This document shows positions 14,354 to 25,560 of a DNA stretch of 64,000 bases, one piece after another (position 1 is the first letter of the stretch; every line of letters begins with the position of its first letter). Made by a program: the position numbers and the translations under genes. The notes under the pieces were generated by a model. It searched no databases and had not been told where the DNA came from. It was given only the letters and a program-made list of their open reading frames with translations. Source of the stretch: the human T2T-CHM13v2.0 reference genome, Homo sapiens; NCBI RefSeq assembly GCF_009914755.1, contig NC_060929.1; one strand, given 5' to 3'.

Positions 14354-14776
14354 TGTGGAGGCTAATGTTAACTCTATCTTGGAAGCTAATCTCCCATGAC
14401 TTCCAATTAATCCCAGTTCTGGGGATGCCTCTAAGATTTCCAGTTCTTCTATTGTTCCTTGTGTAAAAGCACATACTTACTGCAAATCCTGCCCTTAGAT
14501 CAAATCGACTTTGATAAACTTATACTTAGCATAAATCTTGACCTTAAATCAAATTAAGCATGTATACCTTTTCCCTATGGTATATAATCCCTGGTTCTGG
14601 GGGTCAATGGGATGGAGATCTACTTGTCTGTGGCCACTCAAGACCACACTTCTGTCTGTTATGTTCCCCAATAAAATTGTCCTATAAGGACAAGCTTGAT
14701 TTGTTTGCCTACTTAGGTTTCTTGGTTTCTTCTGCATTTGTTGGTTGCTTTGCACATACAGCCTTTTCTTGAAATA
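14354..14776 (+). mobile_element. ERVL solo LTR (LTR47-like) nested in L1M
   Basis: Starts TGTGGAGGCTAA...CTATCTTGGAAGCTAAT; TATA (TATATAA ~14581) and AATAAA (~14670); near-perfect 5-bp TSD CCTAT/CCTAC; the flanking L1 rejoins as AAAGACCTAC|TATAAAG. Confidence 0.8.
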
Positions 14777-16190
14777 CCTACTATAAAGTTTTAATAAGCA
14801 ATGCCATGTGTTATGGGCAAAAAGGTATCCAAATAGACCAATAAAAAAGAATCAAGAGTTAAGAAACAGACTCATGATATTTAGTGACATGATTTTTGAA
14901 AAGTTGACTGCAGAGCAGTAGGTAAAATGTGGTATTTTTAACAAATGATGTGAGTAATTGGAAATACATGTTGGGGGAAGGAAAGATTGACTTCAGTTGG
15001 TCCCAGAGACACAATTTAATTCCAAATTGGTTATAGATCTAAATTTGAAAGATTTATAGATCTTTTATTTATTTATTATTTATAGATATTTATAGATTAT
15101 TTATAGATCTAAATAATAAAGCTTCTAGACAAAATTATAGGAGCATGTCTTCATGATCTTCGGATTGGCACAGATTTTTTAAATGAGAGTTGAAAAGTGC
15201 TAATCATAAAGAAAATATCTGATAGTTTTTACTATGTTAAAATTTAGGACATCTATTAAAAGATACTTTTAGGAAAGTAAAAATGTAAGCCCTGGAGTAG
15301 GAGAATACATTCATCCCAAATAATGGTCAAAGGGTTTGTATATTGAACCTATAAATACGTTTTCAAGTCAATATGAGAAACACAGATAATCCAATAGAAA
15401 AACAGAAAACATTTGAACAGACACTTCACAGCAGAGAATATCTAAGTGACCAAGAAACACATGAAAAGATGCTTGGCATTATTAATAATTAGAAAAATAC
15501 AAATTAAGATGACAATGATACACACTTCATATCCACCAAAGTGGTCAGGCAAATAGGAAAAAACTGACATGACAAAATATTGGTGATTGTGTAGAGCAAC
15601 ATCAATACTGTTGCTGGTGGAGTGCCTATTACATTAAGCACATTTGACAACTTTTAAAAATTGTCTTCTCAAGTTGAATTTATCCTGTATTCTAGAGATT
15701 CAGTTTCTAGGCATACAAAACGCACCAATACATGCAACAAGAAAGGTATACATTAATGTTGATAGCAGCATTGTTCACAACACCCAAGAATTGGAAACAA
15801 CCCAAATGTCCATCAATAGCAGACCAAGTAAGTTGTGTGCATATGCACAACAGACTGCTATACAGCAATGAAAACGAAGGAATTATATTCATCCTCACAT
15901 CTGAATAAATCTCACAACCATAATGTGGGTAGAAGAAACCTCAAACAAAATAGTACATACTCTAAGATTTTTATCTGTAAAAAGTTCCAAATATATGCAA
16001 TACTAAAGTACAATATTTAGAGACACATGATTTAGAGGAGGCATGAGGATGTTTCTGGGGTGCTGGCAGTGCTCTTGACCTGGTTGATGGTAACATGGAT
16101 ATTTGCTTTGTATTATTATAATGGGCTGAGATATACATTTTTGTTTTCTATATTTTATAAATGTGTTATATTACTATAGAATGCCTTTAA
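14777..16190 (+). mobile_element. L1M (MD/ME) ORF2 3' part and 3' UTR
   Basis: Continues the L1 upstream of the LTR; TTGGAAACAACCCAAATGTCCATCAATAG and other 3' end motifs. Confidence 0.85.
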
Positions 16191-18394
16191 TAATAGAGAT
16201 TACTTTTCTAAAATTGGGAAATTTGGTTGTTAGAAATGCTGGAAATAATCTTATCACAGGTATTCTGGTCAGAATGATACACCAGCACTTGCTGTTGGTA
16301 AACTTTGCGGATGAATGTTCTTCAAAAGGAGGTCCTATCTCCCCACTTCACAAATACAGTTTAGTGTCCTCTAAGTATGGTTGAGGGTTTTTCAGTCTTC
16401 CCCACTTTTTTTAATAATGTCAGAACATGCAATATATTTTAAATCTATGCAAGATCTTCCTTCCTGCTGTGCTTAATTTCTGAATCCAATGCTGTCACAA
16501 AAACAGATGCAATGTGATGCCCGGTGGAAAGAGCAAGTACCGATTTTCATCAGCACTACATAGCCTCTCCTGTAAATTGGTCCTGTGCACCCTGTTCAGG
16601 CAGATGGACCACATGTTTTTTGATGGTTTTATATTAAGATGGTAATGGAAGACAAAGTTACTTTTTAAAGTGAAGTAATTATTTTTCAGAATTTGGAAAC
16701 CAAATCATCAAAGTAGAGTTGAGTTTGTTTTTTTTTTCCTATTTCAAGTATTTAGCTTGTGTCAGAAAAAATATTTACTAAAATTATTTCAAAGAATACT
16801 TATTAAACTTGGTAATGCTAAAAGGCTCATAATATCTGTTGTCTATTTTGAGTCTGATTTGAAACTAACTTGATGATTAGATCCATAATTTAAAGAAAGA
16901 TGCTAGATCTAAAAACATTTCTAATTATTATAAATAAATGAAAATGAGAACTCCTGGTACACCAAAAATGTTAATTTGTTTAAGTGAGAAGATAAATATT
17001 CTTTCTCCTTTAATTGATTATGTAATCATCTCAATTGTGAATCTGACCTATCTATGCAGCAAGCAAATAGATTTCAAAAGGAATTATTAAGTAGACAGAC
17101 CTTAGTCAGGCAGTCCTTTTTTTTTTTTTTAACATGAAAATTGGTCCTGCCTTACAAAACACGCAATTAAAGTATTGAGTGACTGTAGGTAGTTGGAGAA
17201 GTTACCAGACAAAAGCTTCACATTTCTGTTTATATATAATATCATGTTTCCAGCCTAACTAATGTTTCATGTTACTGAAGGAGAAAGAATATGTTTCATT
17301 TATATTATGACTGGAATATACTTGTCCTATATTTAAATAAGACTTTTCCCACTTCCTCAGTTTTGGTGGTACAAAATAAATTCGTATCTGCACATTATTC
17401 AAATTAACTATTTCAAGTCTTGTTTGGCTTTCTCAAGCTTATCTTTCTTTCCTATCACGATTCTTTCACCTTAACTCCTTTTTGATAATTCCAGAAACTC
17501 AGAGGTTGACATTCATAGCCTAATTCCTTTTACAACAGTGTTACACAGAGAAAGCTGGAAACTCAGAGTCCTCCTTGGCAACTGGTAATACCTCATGATA
17601 CTTTCTTCCTGCAAAAGGTCAGTGCTAAAACACTGATTCTGCCAATACTTGCCCATTGTACGATGCTTGTAACAGGGAGGGAGGGTGAAGTGGGTGGGGG
17701 TGGGGACAGTGGGGTCAGTCCTGCTATTCCGGCAAATTCCTCTTTGACTTCTACTAAAAAAATGCTTGAGTGAAGTATGATCACCTTCAAAATGTGGAAA
17801 CCTAGCAGCCTAATGTGATGCCTACAGCTACTTCTGCAGTTACACAGCACAAGGACTTCCTGTGTCAATTGCATTGCCCCAGCTTGGCACCTACTGAATA
17901 CTTAACAACATTTTCAGGTCAATTTGTATTTAGTTTGCAACTAGCCATCTTGGGTTTTCCATCTCTGGAGTACATTATTTTAGACTTGTTCCCATTTCCT
18001 CTCACCCTCTACACTTTTTCTCTCCCCAGTAGTACTGTACTATCCTTATTTGCTTCCCTTCTCTTTATGAAAGCCTACTCCAATTTTCAGTTCCCAGGAG
18101 AAACAAAACTCTCTTTTTGAAAAAAATCCACTTTTTCACTTATAGAGCTAAGATTGGTTTCCAAACTTCACTGAAATAATTACAGTTAACTACTAGAAAG
18201 CCTTGAATGAAGAAGTATAACATTGATTACTTTTTTCCCCAGCAGTGACTTTAGTTTTACTCTTTACTCCTCTCTCTTATTCATTCTCATCTTCAAGTTA
18301 TATTGTTTTGTTCTCTCCAGTTTCATTCTTACTACTTAACGAGGGCCTCCATCAGCCATCCAAAAGTCTCCCTCTGCTTTAAATTTACCTCTTT

Positions 18395-18513
18395 TGGTGG
18401 GTAAACGGGAGTGCCTATCCTCACCTAGGTCCAGGGGCATAGGCCCAGGGGTGGAGCCCTCGCCAGGGACCATGCCCTTCTCTACCCAGCACTTCCCTGA
18501 TCCCTCCAATATC
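18395..18513. mobile_element. MER52-like LTR terminal fragment
   Basis: GGGGTGGAGCCCTCGCCAGGGACCATGCCCTTCTCTACCCAGCACTTCCCTG...TATCA resembles the MER52 terminus. Confidence 0.65.
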
Positions 18514-19149
18514 ACTATCTCTCACATCAGTCTCCCCAAGAACTCAGAGGCTAGGGTTTTTATGGATAATTTTGTGGGTGAGAGCTATGGAATGGATGCT
18601 GCTAATTGATTGGGGATGAAGTCATGGAGTATGGAAAATGGTCCTTGTGTGCTGAGTCCATCTCTGGGTGGGGGGACACAGGACCGATTGAGTCATGAGT
18701 CATGGGTCTTGGACAGGTCAGTCAGTTCCCAGAATGCAAAAATTGGAAAAACTTCTCAATAGATCAATCTTAGCTTCTACAATAGTGATGCTATCTATAG
18801 GAGCAATTGGAGAAGTCACAAATCTTGTGAACGCAAGCCACAGGATTTCTGAGCAGTAAGAGATTATAAAAACTATGCCTACGTTTTAGCAGAATTCAGG
18901 ACCCTCTCATAATTCTAATCTTGTGGCTTTTCATTCATTTTTGGTCCCTAAGCAAAAAGGGACTTAGTTTTAGGGAAGGTCTATTATTATCTTTGTTTCT
19001 AAGTTAAGCATAAACTAAATTCCTCCCATTGTTGGATTGGCCTACACCCAGGAATGAGCAAAGACAAGCAGCCTGTAAAGCTAGAAGCAAGATGGAGTCA
19101 GCCATGTTAGATTTTTCTCACTGATACACTCTTTGCAAAGGTGGCTTCA
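18514..19149 (-). mobile_element. ERV1 LTR (LTR8/LTR8A, MER4 group), truncated
   Basis: CTCAGAGGCTAGGGTTTTTATGGATAATT...GCTAGAAGCAAGATGGAGTCAGCC...TTTGCAAAGGTGGCTTCA terminus. Confidence 0.85.
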
Positions 19150-21000
19150 CTTTCTTTAGCAATTCATTCTTTTCCATCATGTCAGTTTGTAACAAATTAT
19201 CTTCACTTTCCTTTATCCAAGAATGTCTTTATTTCACCATTATTCTTGAATGATATTTTCATTGGATATAGAATTCCAGGTTTATAGTTCTTTTTTTCCA
19301 TCACTTTAAAATGTTGCTGTTTCCGCCTTACATGGATTAGGATGAGAAATCTGGAGTTAAATTTAGTAATGTATTATTTTTCTATGGCTGCTTTCAAGAT
19401 TCTTTCTTTGTCCTTAGCTTTCAGAAGTTTGATTATAATATGTATTTTGGAAGAGATTTCTTTGGCTGTATCATTTTTATGTGTGCTGAGCATTCTGAAA
19501 TTCTAAGTTTACATTTTTCACCAGATTTGGGAAGCTTTCAGCGATTATATTTTTAAACATTTTGTTCTGCATACATTCTTTTCTATGTCTGGAAATATAA
19601 ATAAATTTAGACCTTTTATTATTGTGTTACAGGTCCCCAGGTCTCTATTTTTTCAATCTTTTTCTCTGTCATTCAGATTGGATAATTTCTATCAATCTAT
19701 CTTCAAGTTTATTAATCTTTCCCCTTTTATTTCCATTATGCTATTGACCTCAACTGAAAATTTTTTATTTTCATTGTTTTATTTTTCATTCTAAAATTTT
19801 CGTAATTTATATTGACTATTTTCATGTTAAGACTTCTTATTTTCCCATATATTTCAAGGATGTTTGCTCTTACTTCCTAGAACATGGTTATACTCACTAT
19901 TTTAAAGTGTTTGATAGTTCCAATATCTGTATCATTTTGGTGTAGTTACTCTTGTGCCATTTTTCTTATGAGATGTTGAAATGTGTCTGGTGCTTCCTAC
20001 ACCAAGTGATTTTGAATTGTTTCCCGTGCTTTTAAAGTATCATATTTTAAAACTCTTAGTCTTGTTTAAATCCTATATAGAATGTTGATATTTGATTGTT
20101 TGTTTTAGCAGGCAATTGATCCAGTTGGGTGCAGACAAGTCCATATCTATCTTTGTATGTTGTGTTCAATTTTTAAAGCCTTTGCAGTGGTATTCCCACA
20201 TGCACACCACTTAGTGGACAGTCTGGGACCTGGGCTGTAGTCAAGACTACAGTTAAGTTCTGAAAGCTTTTACTGTGCTCTTCAGGGTCATATTCATGCA
20301 CATGGGGCCCAGGAGTGAGTCATGGCATTCATATGCAACTTTATAGAATTGCTTTTTAAAGTTCCCTCCATCTCTCTCTAACACCTTATAGTTCCCAGAA
20401 GCCCTCTCCTTCTGGTTCTCTGGCTAAAAGCTGGTGTTCTTGCTTCTCTGGCTCTGCCATGTACTTTCCATTACCCTGTATACCTACAGGGCAAAATGGT
20501 AAAAAGAATAGAAAGAGATAAAAAGGAAAAGCAAGTGGATTCTCCTGTGCTCTTGTGACTACAGGTCCTCTGATCAGAGAGGTTTTCTCTTTGATGAAAT
20601 TGTAAATATCTTTCAAGTTATCTTTTCTGTTTCTGCTACTGCCACTGTGTGATCTCCTGCGGAGTAGGGTGGTAAGACAAGAGAGAGAAAAAAAAAAATT
20701 GAACAACACAGAAAGTTCCTCATTATCTTTGACGAAAAGAGATCCCTCATAACAAAAATAGAGAGCTTCTTTTGAAACACTTTCTGTCTGTACCTTGTAT
20801 GCAGTATTGGGTTCCGGACTGCATTTGCATTCAGGCCAGGTAATAAAAAATGAAAAAAATCTGTTAACTTACTGCTTGTTTAGTGGTACTATCATTTACT
20901 TCTTAGTTCTCAACTGTCCCATATATTCTCTTCTGGGATTTTAGTTGCATTCATTTTGAGAGACAAGTTGAAGTATATTTATTCTATCTTGACAAGAAAA
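19150..21000 (-). mobile_element. Ancient L1M (5'/ORF1-ORF2 region), antisense
   Basis: T-rich L1 remnants: GAATGTCTTTATTTCACC, GGATATAGAATTCCAGGTT, GCTGCTTTCAAGATT, CCAGATTTGGGAAG. Confidence 0.7.
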
Positions 21001-21027
21001 GAACTTTCATTTAAAAAAATTATAATT

Positions 21028-22318
21028 TTTAAAATTGTGATAAAAAACATAAAATTTACCATCTTAACCATTTTTAAGTGTACACTTCAATAGTGTTAAG
21101 AATATTCACATTGTCCTACCACAGATCTCCAGAACTTTTTCAACTTGGAAAACTGAAGCTCTACACCCATTCGACAAAAACTCCCTAAATCTCCCTTCCC
21201 ACACCCCCTGGCAATCCTCATTTTACTCTTTTGTTTCCATGAGCTTGACTACATGAGATGTCTCATGTAAGTGGAGTCACACAGTATTTATCTTTTTGTT
21301 ATGTGTTTATTTCATTTAATGTAATTTATGCAAGGTTCATCCATGTTGTAACATATGATATGGTTTGGCTCTGTGTCTGCACCCAAATCTCATCTTCTGG
21401 CTCCCATAATTCCCAAATATTGTGGGATGGACCCTGTGGGAGATAATTGAATCATGGGAGTGGGTCTTTCCCGTGCAGTTCTCGTGATTGTGAATAAGTC
21501 TCAAGAGATCTGATGGTTTTAAAAATGGGAGTCTCCCTGCACAAGCTCTCTCTTTATCTGCTGCCATCCACATAACACGTGACTCGCTCCTCCTTGCCTT
21601 CTGCCATGGTTGTGAGGCCTCCTCAGCCATGTGGAACTGTAAGTCCATTAAACCTCTTTCTTTTGTAAATTGCCCAGTGCGGGTATGTCTTTTTCAGCAG
21701 CATGAAAACAGACTAATACAGCATGTGACAAGATTTTATTCTTTTCTGAAGGCTGAATAATATTCATATATATATATATATATATACATTTTGTTTATCC
21801 ATTCATCTGTGGAATAATGTGCTATAATCTTGGGTGTGCAAAAATCTCTTGGAGATCTTGCTTTCAATTCTTTGGATATATATGCCAAGAAGTGGAATTG
21901 CTAGATCATATGGTAATTCTATTTTTAGTTTTTTGAAGAATTTCCATACCGCTTTTCATAGTGCTGTACCATTTTACGGTCCCAAAACCAGTGCTCAAGG
22001 TAGTCTAATCTCTCCACATTTTCGGCAAGATTTGTTTTTTCCTGTTGTTTTGATTGTTGACATCGTAATAGGTAAGAGGTGACATCTCATTATAGTTTTG
22101 ATTTCATTTTCCTTATGACTAATAAGGTTGAACATCTTTTCATGTGCTTCTTGACGATTTGTATATAATCTTTGGAGAAATGTCTATTCAAGCCCTTTGC
22201 CCATTTTAAAATTGTGTTATTATTTCTTCGGTTGTTAAGTTGTAAGTGTTCTTCGTATATTTTGGACATTAAACCCTTATAAGATAAGTGATTTGCAAAT
22301 ATATTCTCCCATTCCAAA
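21028..22318 (-). mobile_element. L1MB 3' end, interrupted by a THE1 LTR
   Basis: CATAAAATTTACCATCTTAACCATTTTTAAGTGTAC...GGAATTGCTAGATCATATGGTAATTC...TTTGCAAATATATTCTCCCATTC. Confidence 0.9.
21356..21720 (+). mobile_element. THE1A/B solo LTR (ERVL-MaLR)
   Basis: TGATATGGTTTGGCT...TGTAAATTGCCCAG...GAAAACAGACTAATACA; decayed 5-bp TSD ACATA/GCATG. Confidence 0.95.
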
Positions 22319-23208
22319 GACAGAACCTCCATTTTCTTTTGTCTTCCAGTGTCACTATTGAGAGATGGGCCTTCTAGATCCTTCATATGAAATCTTTCTA
22401 CTTCCACACTCTGAGAGCTTTTATGATCTTCTCTTTTCCACCAGCAGTACAATATCTCATGGCCATACACTTTGGCATGAGTGTATATAATAATTTGCTC
22501 CATTATTATGGGCTCTTTTCCTTTGAAAACTTTTCTCCTTCAATTCTGGGAAAAATACTTGAATTGGTCTGATGATGATTTCTTTCTTTCCATTTTTGGT
22601 TTTTGTGTCTTCTCTTATATTAGAATAACAGAAGACACAAAAACCAAAATTGAAAAACTCACTTGAACTTATTTTTGAGATTTACCTTTTATCAGTTAAA
22701 TTTATATTTATCATGGCTACTAGTTATCTGAGCTTTTTCTATTATATTGAATGTTTAATTTACTATATTTCACATTTGCTTCTTTTTGTCCTCTTTTCGG
22801 GCTATTATTAGATTGTTAGAATTTTCTTTATTCTATTTGATGCTTTCTACTGGTCTGAAATTTACAATATTCTCTTTTTTCCATAGTGATTTAGCCTTAA
22901 GGCCATATCTTCTGTGTCCATGTTGATGTTATAACCCCAGCTCTATTCTCTTTAACCTATATTCAGTATCCCATACATAGTCTGTGGGCTGCCTAATACT
23001 TACTGCCACCCATTGAGTTTGGTCCACTAGTGGCAAAAACAAAAAAACAAAAAAACAAACAAAAAAAACCTGCAGTGGGTAAATTTGTTTATTGTATTTC
23101 ATCCAGCACTTCTGTGTTTGTAACATTGAAGATTTCCATCTATCATGTTGCTTTACAGAGTTGTTTACCTCTAACAAGTGTCATCAAACACAAATAAGTA
23201 TGAATGTA

Positions 23209-23345
23209 TAGTCAGTCCTCTGTTTCTGTGGGTTCCTCATCCATGAATTTAACCAACTGCAATAAAAAATATTTGGGGGACAAAAAGAATGGTTGTGTCT
23301 GAACTGAACATGTTCATATTTTTTGTTCTTGTCATTTTCCCTAAT
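23209..23345 (-). mobile_element. MER2 (TcMar-Tigger) DNA transposon, left part
   Basis: TA+TAGTCAGTCCTCTGTTTCTGTGGGTTCC...CTTGTCATTTTCCCTAA is reverse-complement-similar to the intact MER2 at 48866-49192. Confidence 0.85.
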
Positions 23346-23812
23346 ATTTGTTAGTATATAGATATATAAATTAGAAATTATGGCAAAACATACAAAAATG
23401 TTAACTGATTTTCTCTGTGGCGTGATATTATTGGTAGTTTTAATTTTCTTCTTTATGTGTATATATTTTCCTAAATTTTGCAATAGTAATATTGCTTTTT
23501 ATAAAGGAAAACTAGAAAGATTTTTCTTTAAGCTTTTTATATTCATAGTATTAAAACACTGTTTTATACGTATATCAAAGAGATGATTGAACACTAGCTT
23601 AATTAATCAATAGTATTAGTGTGGAGAGAAAAATGTGGGCATATGGCTTTAAGTTCAAGTAAAATATGCTTGGAGGAAGTCAGGAGTTGGTAGTATCGTT
23701 TAATTTTTAGAGTAGTTTTTAACAGGAAGAGACTGAGAAACTGTTACCTTTTCACCTCTTGTTTTAAACAGAATTATGTGTGTTCAACCTGAATCTATGG
23801 GATGATATTTTG
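23346..23812 (-). repeat. Inverted duplicate (inserted copy) of 24773-25238
   Basis: The reverse complement aligns over ~467 bp with about 12-13 differences by eye. Confidence 0.98.
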
Positions 23813-23962
23813 CATTACAGTTATTTACATAGCATTTACATTGTGTTAGGTAATATAAGTAATCTAGAGATGATTAGATGGGAGGACGTGCATAGGTTAT
23901 ATGCAAATACGACACCATTTAATATATGGGATTTGAGCATTCCATCTCCCACGGATACTGTG
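23813..23962 (-). mobile_element. MER2 DNA transposon, right part
   Basis: TATTTACATAGCATTTACATTGTGTTAGG...AATCTAGAGATGATT...GGTTATATGCAAATAC continues the MER2 broken at 23345. Confidence 0.85.
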
Positions 23963-24772
23963 TACATATATGCATGTGTGAATTTATCAATTAAGTGATG
24001 TAGTAGAACTGGTACATTATTTCATTTGATTCCATACTATATAGCCTATGTTAGCATTAACTTGATAAAAAAAGAGCTATGTTATTTTGTAGTAATCAAA
24101 GGCAATTCTTTACAATTGACATCTTTCAAAACCTTTGTAGTTTTAGAATGAACTCTGTATAATATCTCAGTGGAATTTGAAAGATAATGAATATTGCAAA
24201 CAATAGTGTACTATAATCCCCAAAACGAAAAATTTGTAGCTATTGCAGGGACTGAAATTTGGAAGCATTTATCAGACCTTCTGAACTTTGAACAAAGTTA
24301 AAAAGCCTGGCAGCATATTTTTCTCTAAAAAAGGTGCTGGTTGACTTAGAAAACAACTTTTCCATTTGAACCATGGCTTGTGTGCTTCTGTGTTAGCCAT
24401 AGCAAATGCTGATCATTATTTTAAAAGCTAGAGAGTAGGAGAGAGAGTAAAATATCTGCCTCAAGCATTTTTTTTCTCAAAAAATAAAAATAAAAAGAGA
24501 AAGGGAGGGAGATGCATAAAACAATATTACACTGCATTCACCACTTTGTGTTCAGTGCTTTACAATTGCCTAATTGTTCATCAGCTTCACAAAAGAAATG
24601 CCTTTTATTTTCTCCAGGCACTTAGAGATGACTAAGTGTCATTTAGTCAATTGGCAGAACAAAGAAGTCAATTTATGGATTGCGTTTTCACTGTTTCGTT
24701 ATTCTTAAAAATAATTCAGTTTATTGGTTTAGTGTTCTGAAAAGGCGAGGGGGGATTGACAGGTCTGGAGTA

Positions 24773-25238
24773 CAAAATATCATCCCATAGATTCAGGTTG
24801 AACACACATAATTCTGTTTAAAACAAGAGGTGAAAAGGTAACAGTTTCTCAGTCTCTTCCTGTTAAAAACTACTCTAAAAAAAAACAATACTACCAACTC
24901 CTGACTTCCTCCAAGCATATTTTACTTGAACTTAAAGCCATATGCCCACATTTTTCTCTCCACACTAATACTATTGATTAATTAAGCTAGTGTACAATCA
25001 TCTCTTTGATATATGTATAAAACAGTGTTTTAACACTATGAATATAAAAAGCTTAAAGAAAAATCTTTCTAGTTTTCCTTTATAAAAAACAATATTACTA
25101 TTGTAAAATTTAGGAAAATATATACATATAAAGAAGAAAATTAAAATTACCAATAATATCACACCACAGAGAAAATCACTGTTAACATTTTTGTATGTTT
25201 TGCCATAATTTCTAATTTATATATCTATATTAACAAAT
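24773..25238 (+). repeat. Source copy of the inverted duplication
   Basis: Reverse-complement match to 23346-23812; its distal part runs on without a break into an old L1ME-like sequence. Confidence 0.98.
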
Positions 25239-25560
25239 TATAATCATATGAATGTTATTTTATGACTTCATTTTTATATTTATAAGCATTTATAGGAGGT
25301 CATCAAATATTCCTCTAAAATGATTTTTAATTGCTAAATTATTTTCCATATGGATATATCCTTATTTATAAAACCAATCCCCTTTTATTAGACAGTTAAA
25401 TTATTTGTAGTGGTGTAGTTATTATGAAAACAGTGCAATGAATGTCACTTAATGTCTGTCTTTGTATGCATCTCTGATAAGTTATAAATTATTCCTTACA
25501 ATAACTTGCTTGTGGTTAACTTACTACACTAACACATAATGACATCTTTAAGGTTTACAC
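25060..25560 (-). mobile_element. L1ME-like 3' end remnant
   Basis: AAAATTTAGGAAAATATATA...AAGAAGAAAATTAAAATTACC...CACTGTTAACATTTTTG...CATATGGATATATCC. Confidence 0.55.
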
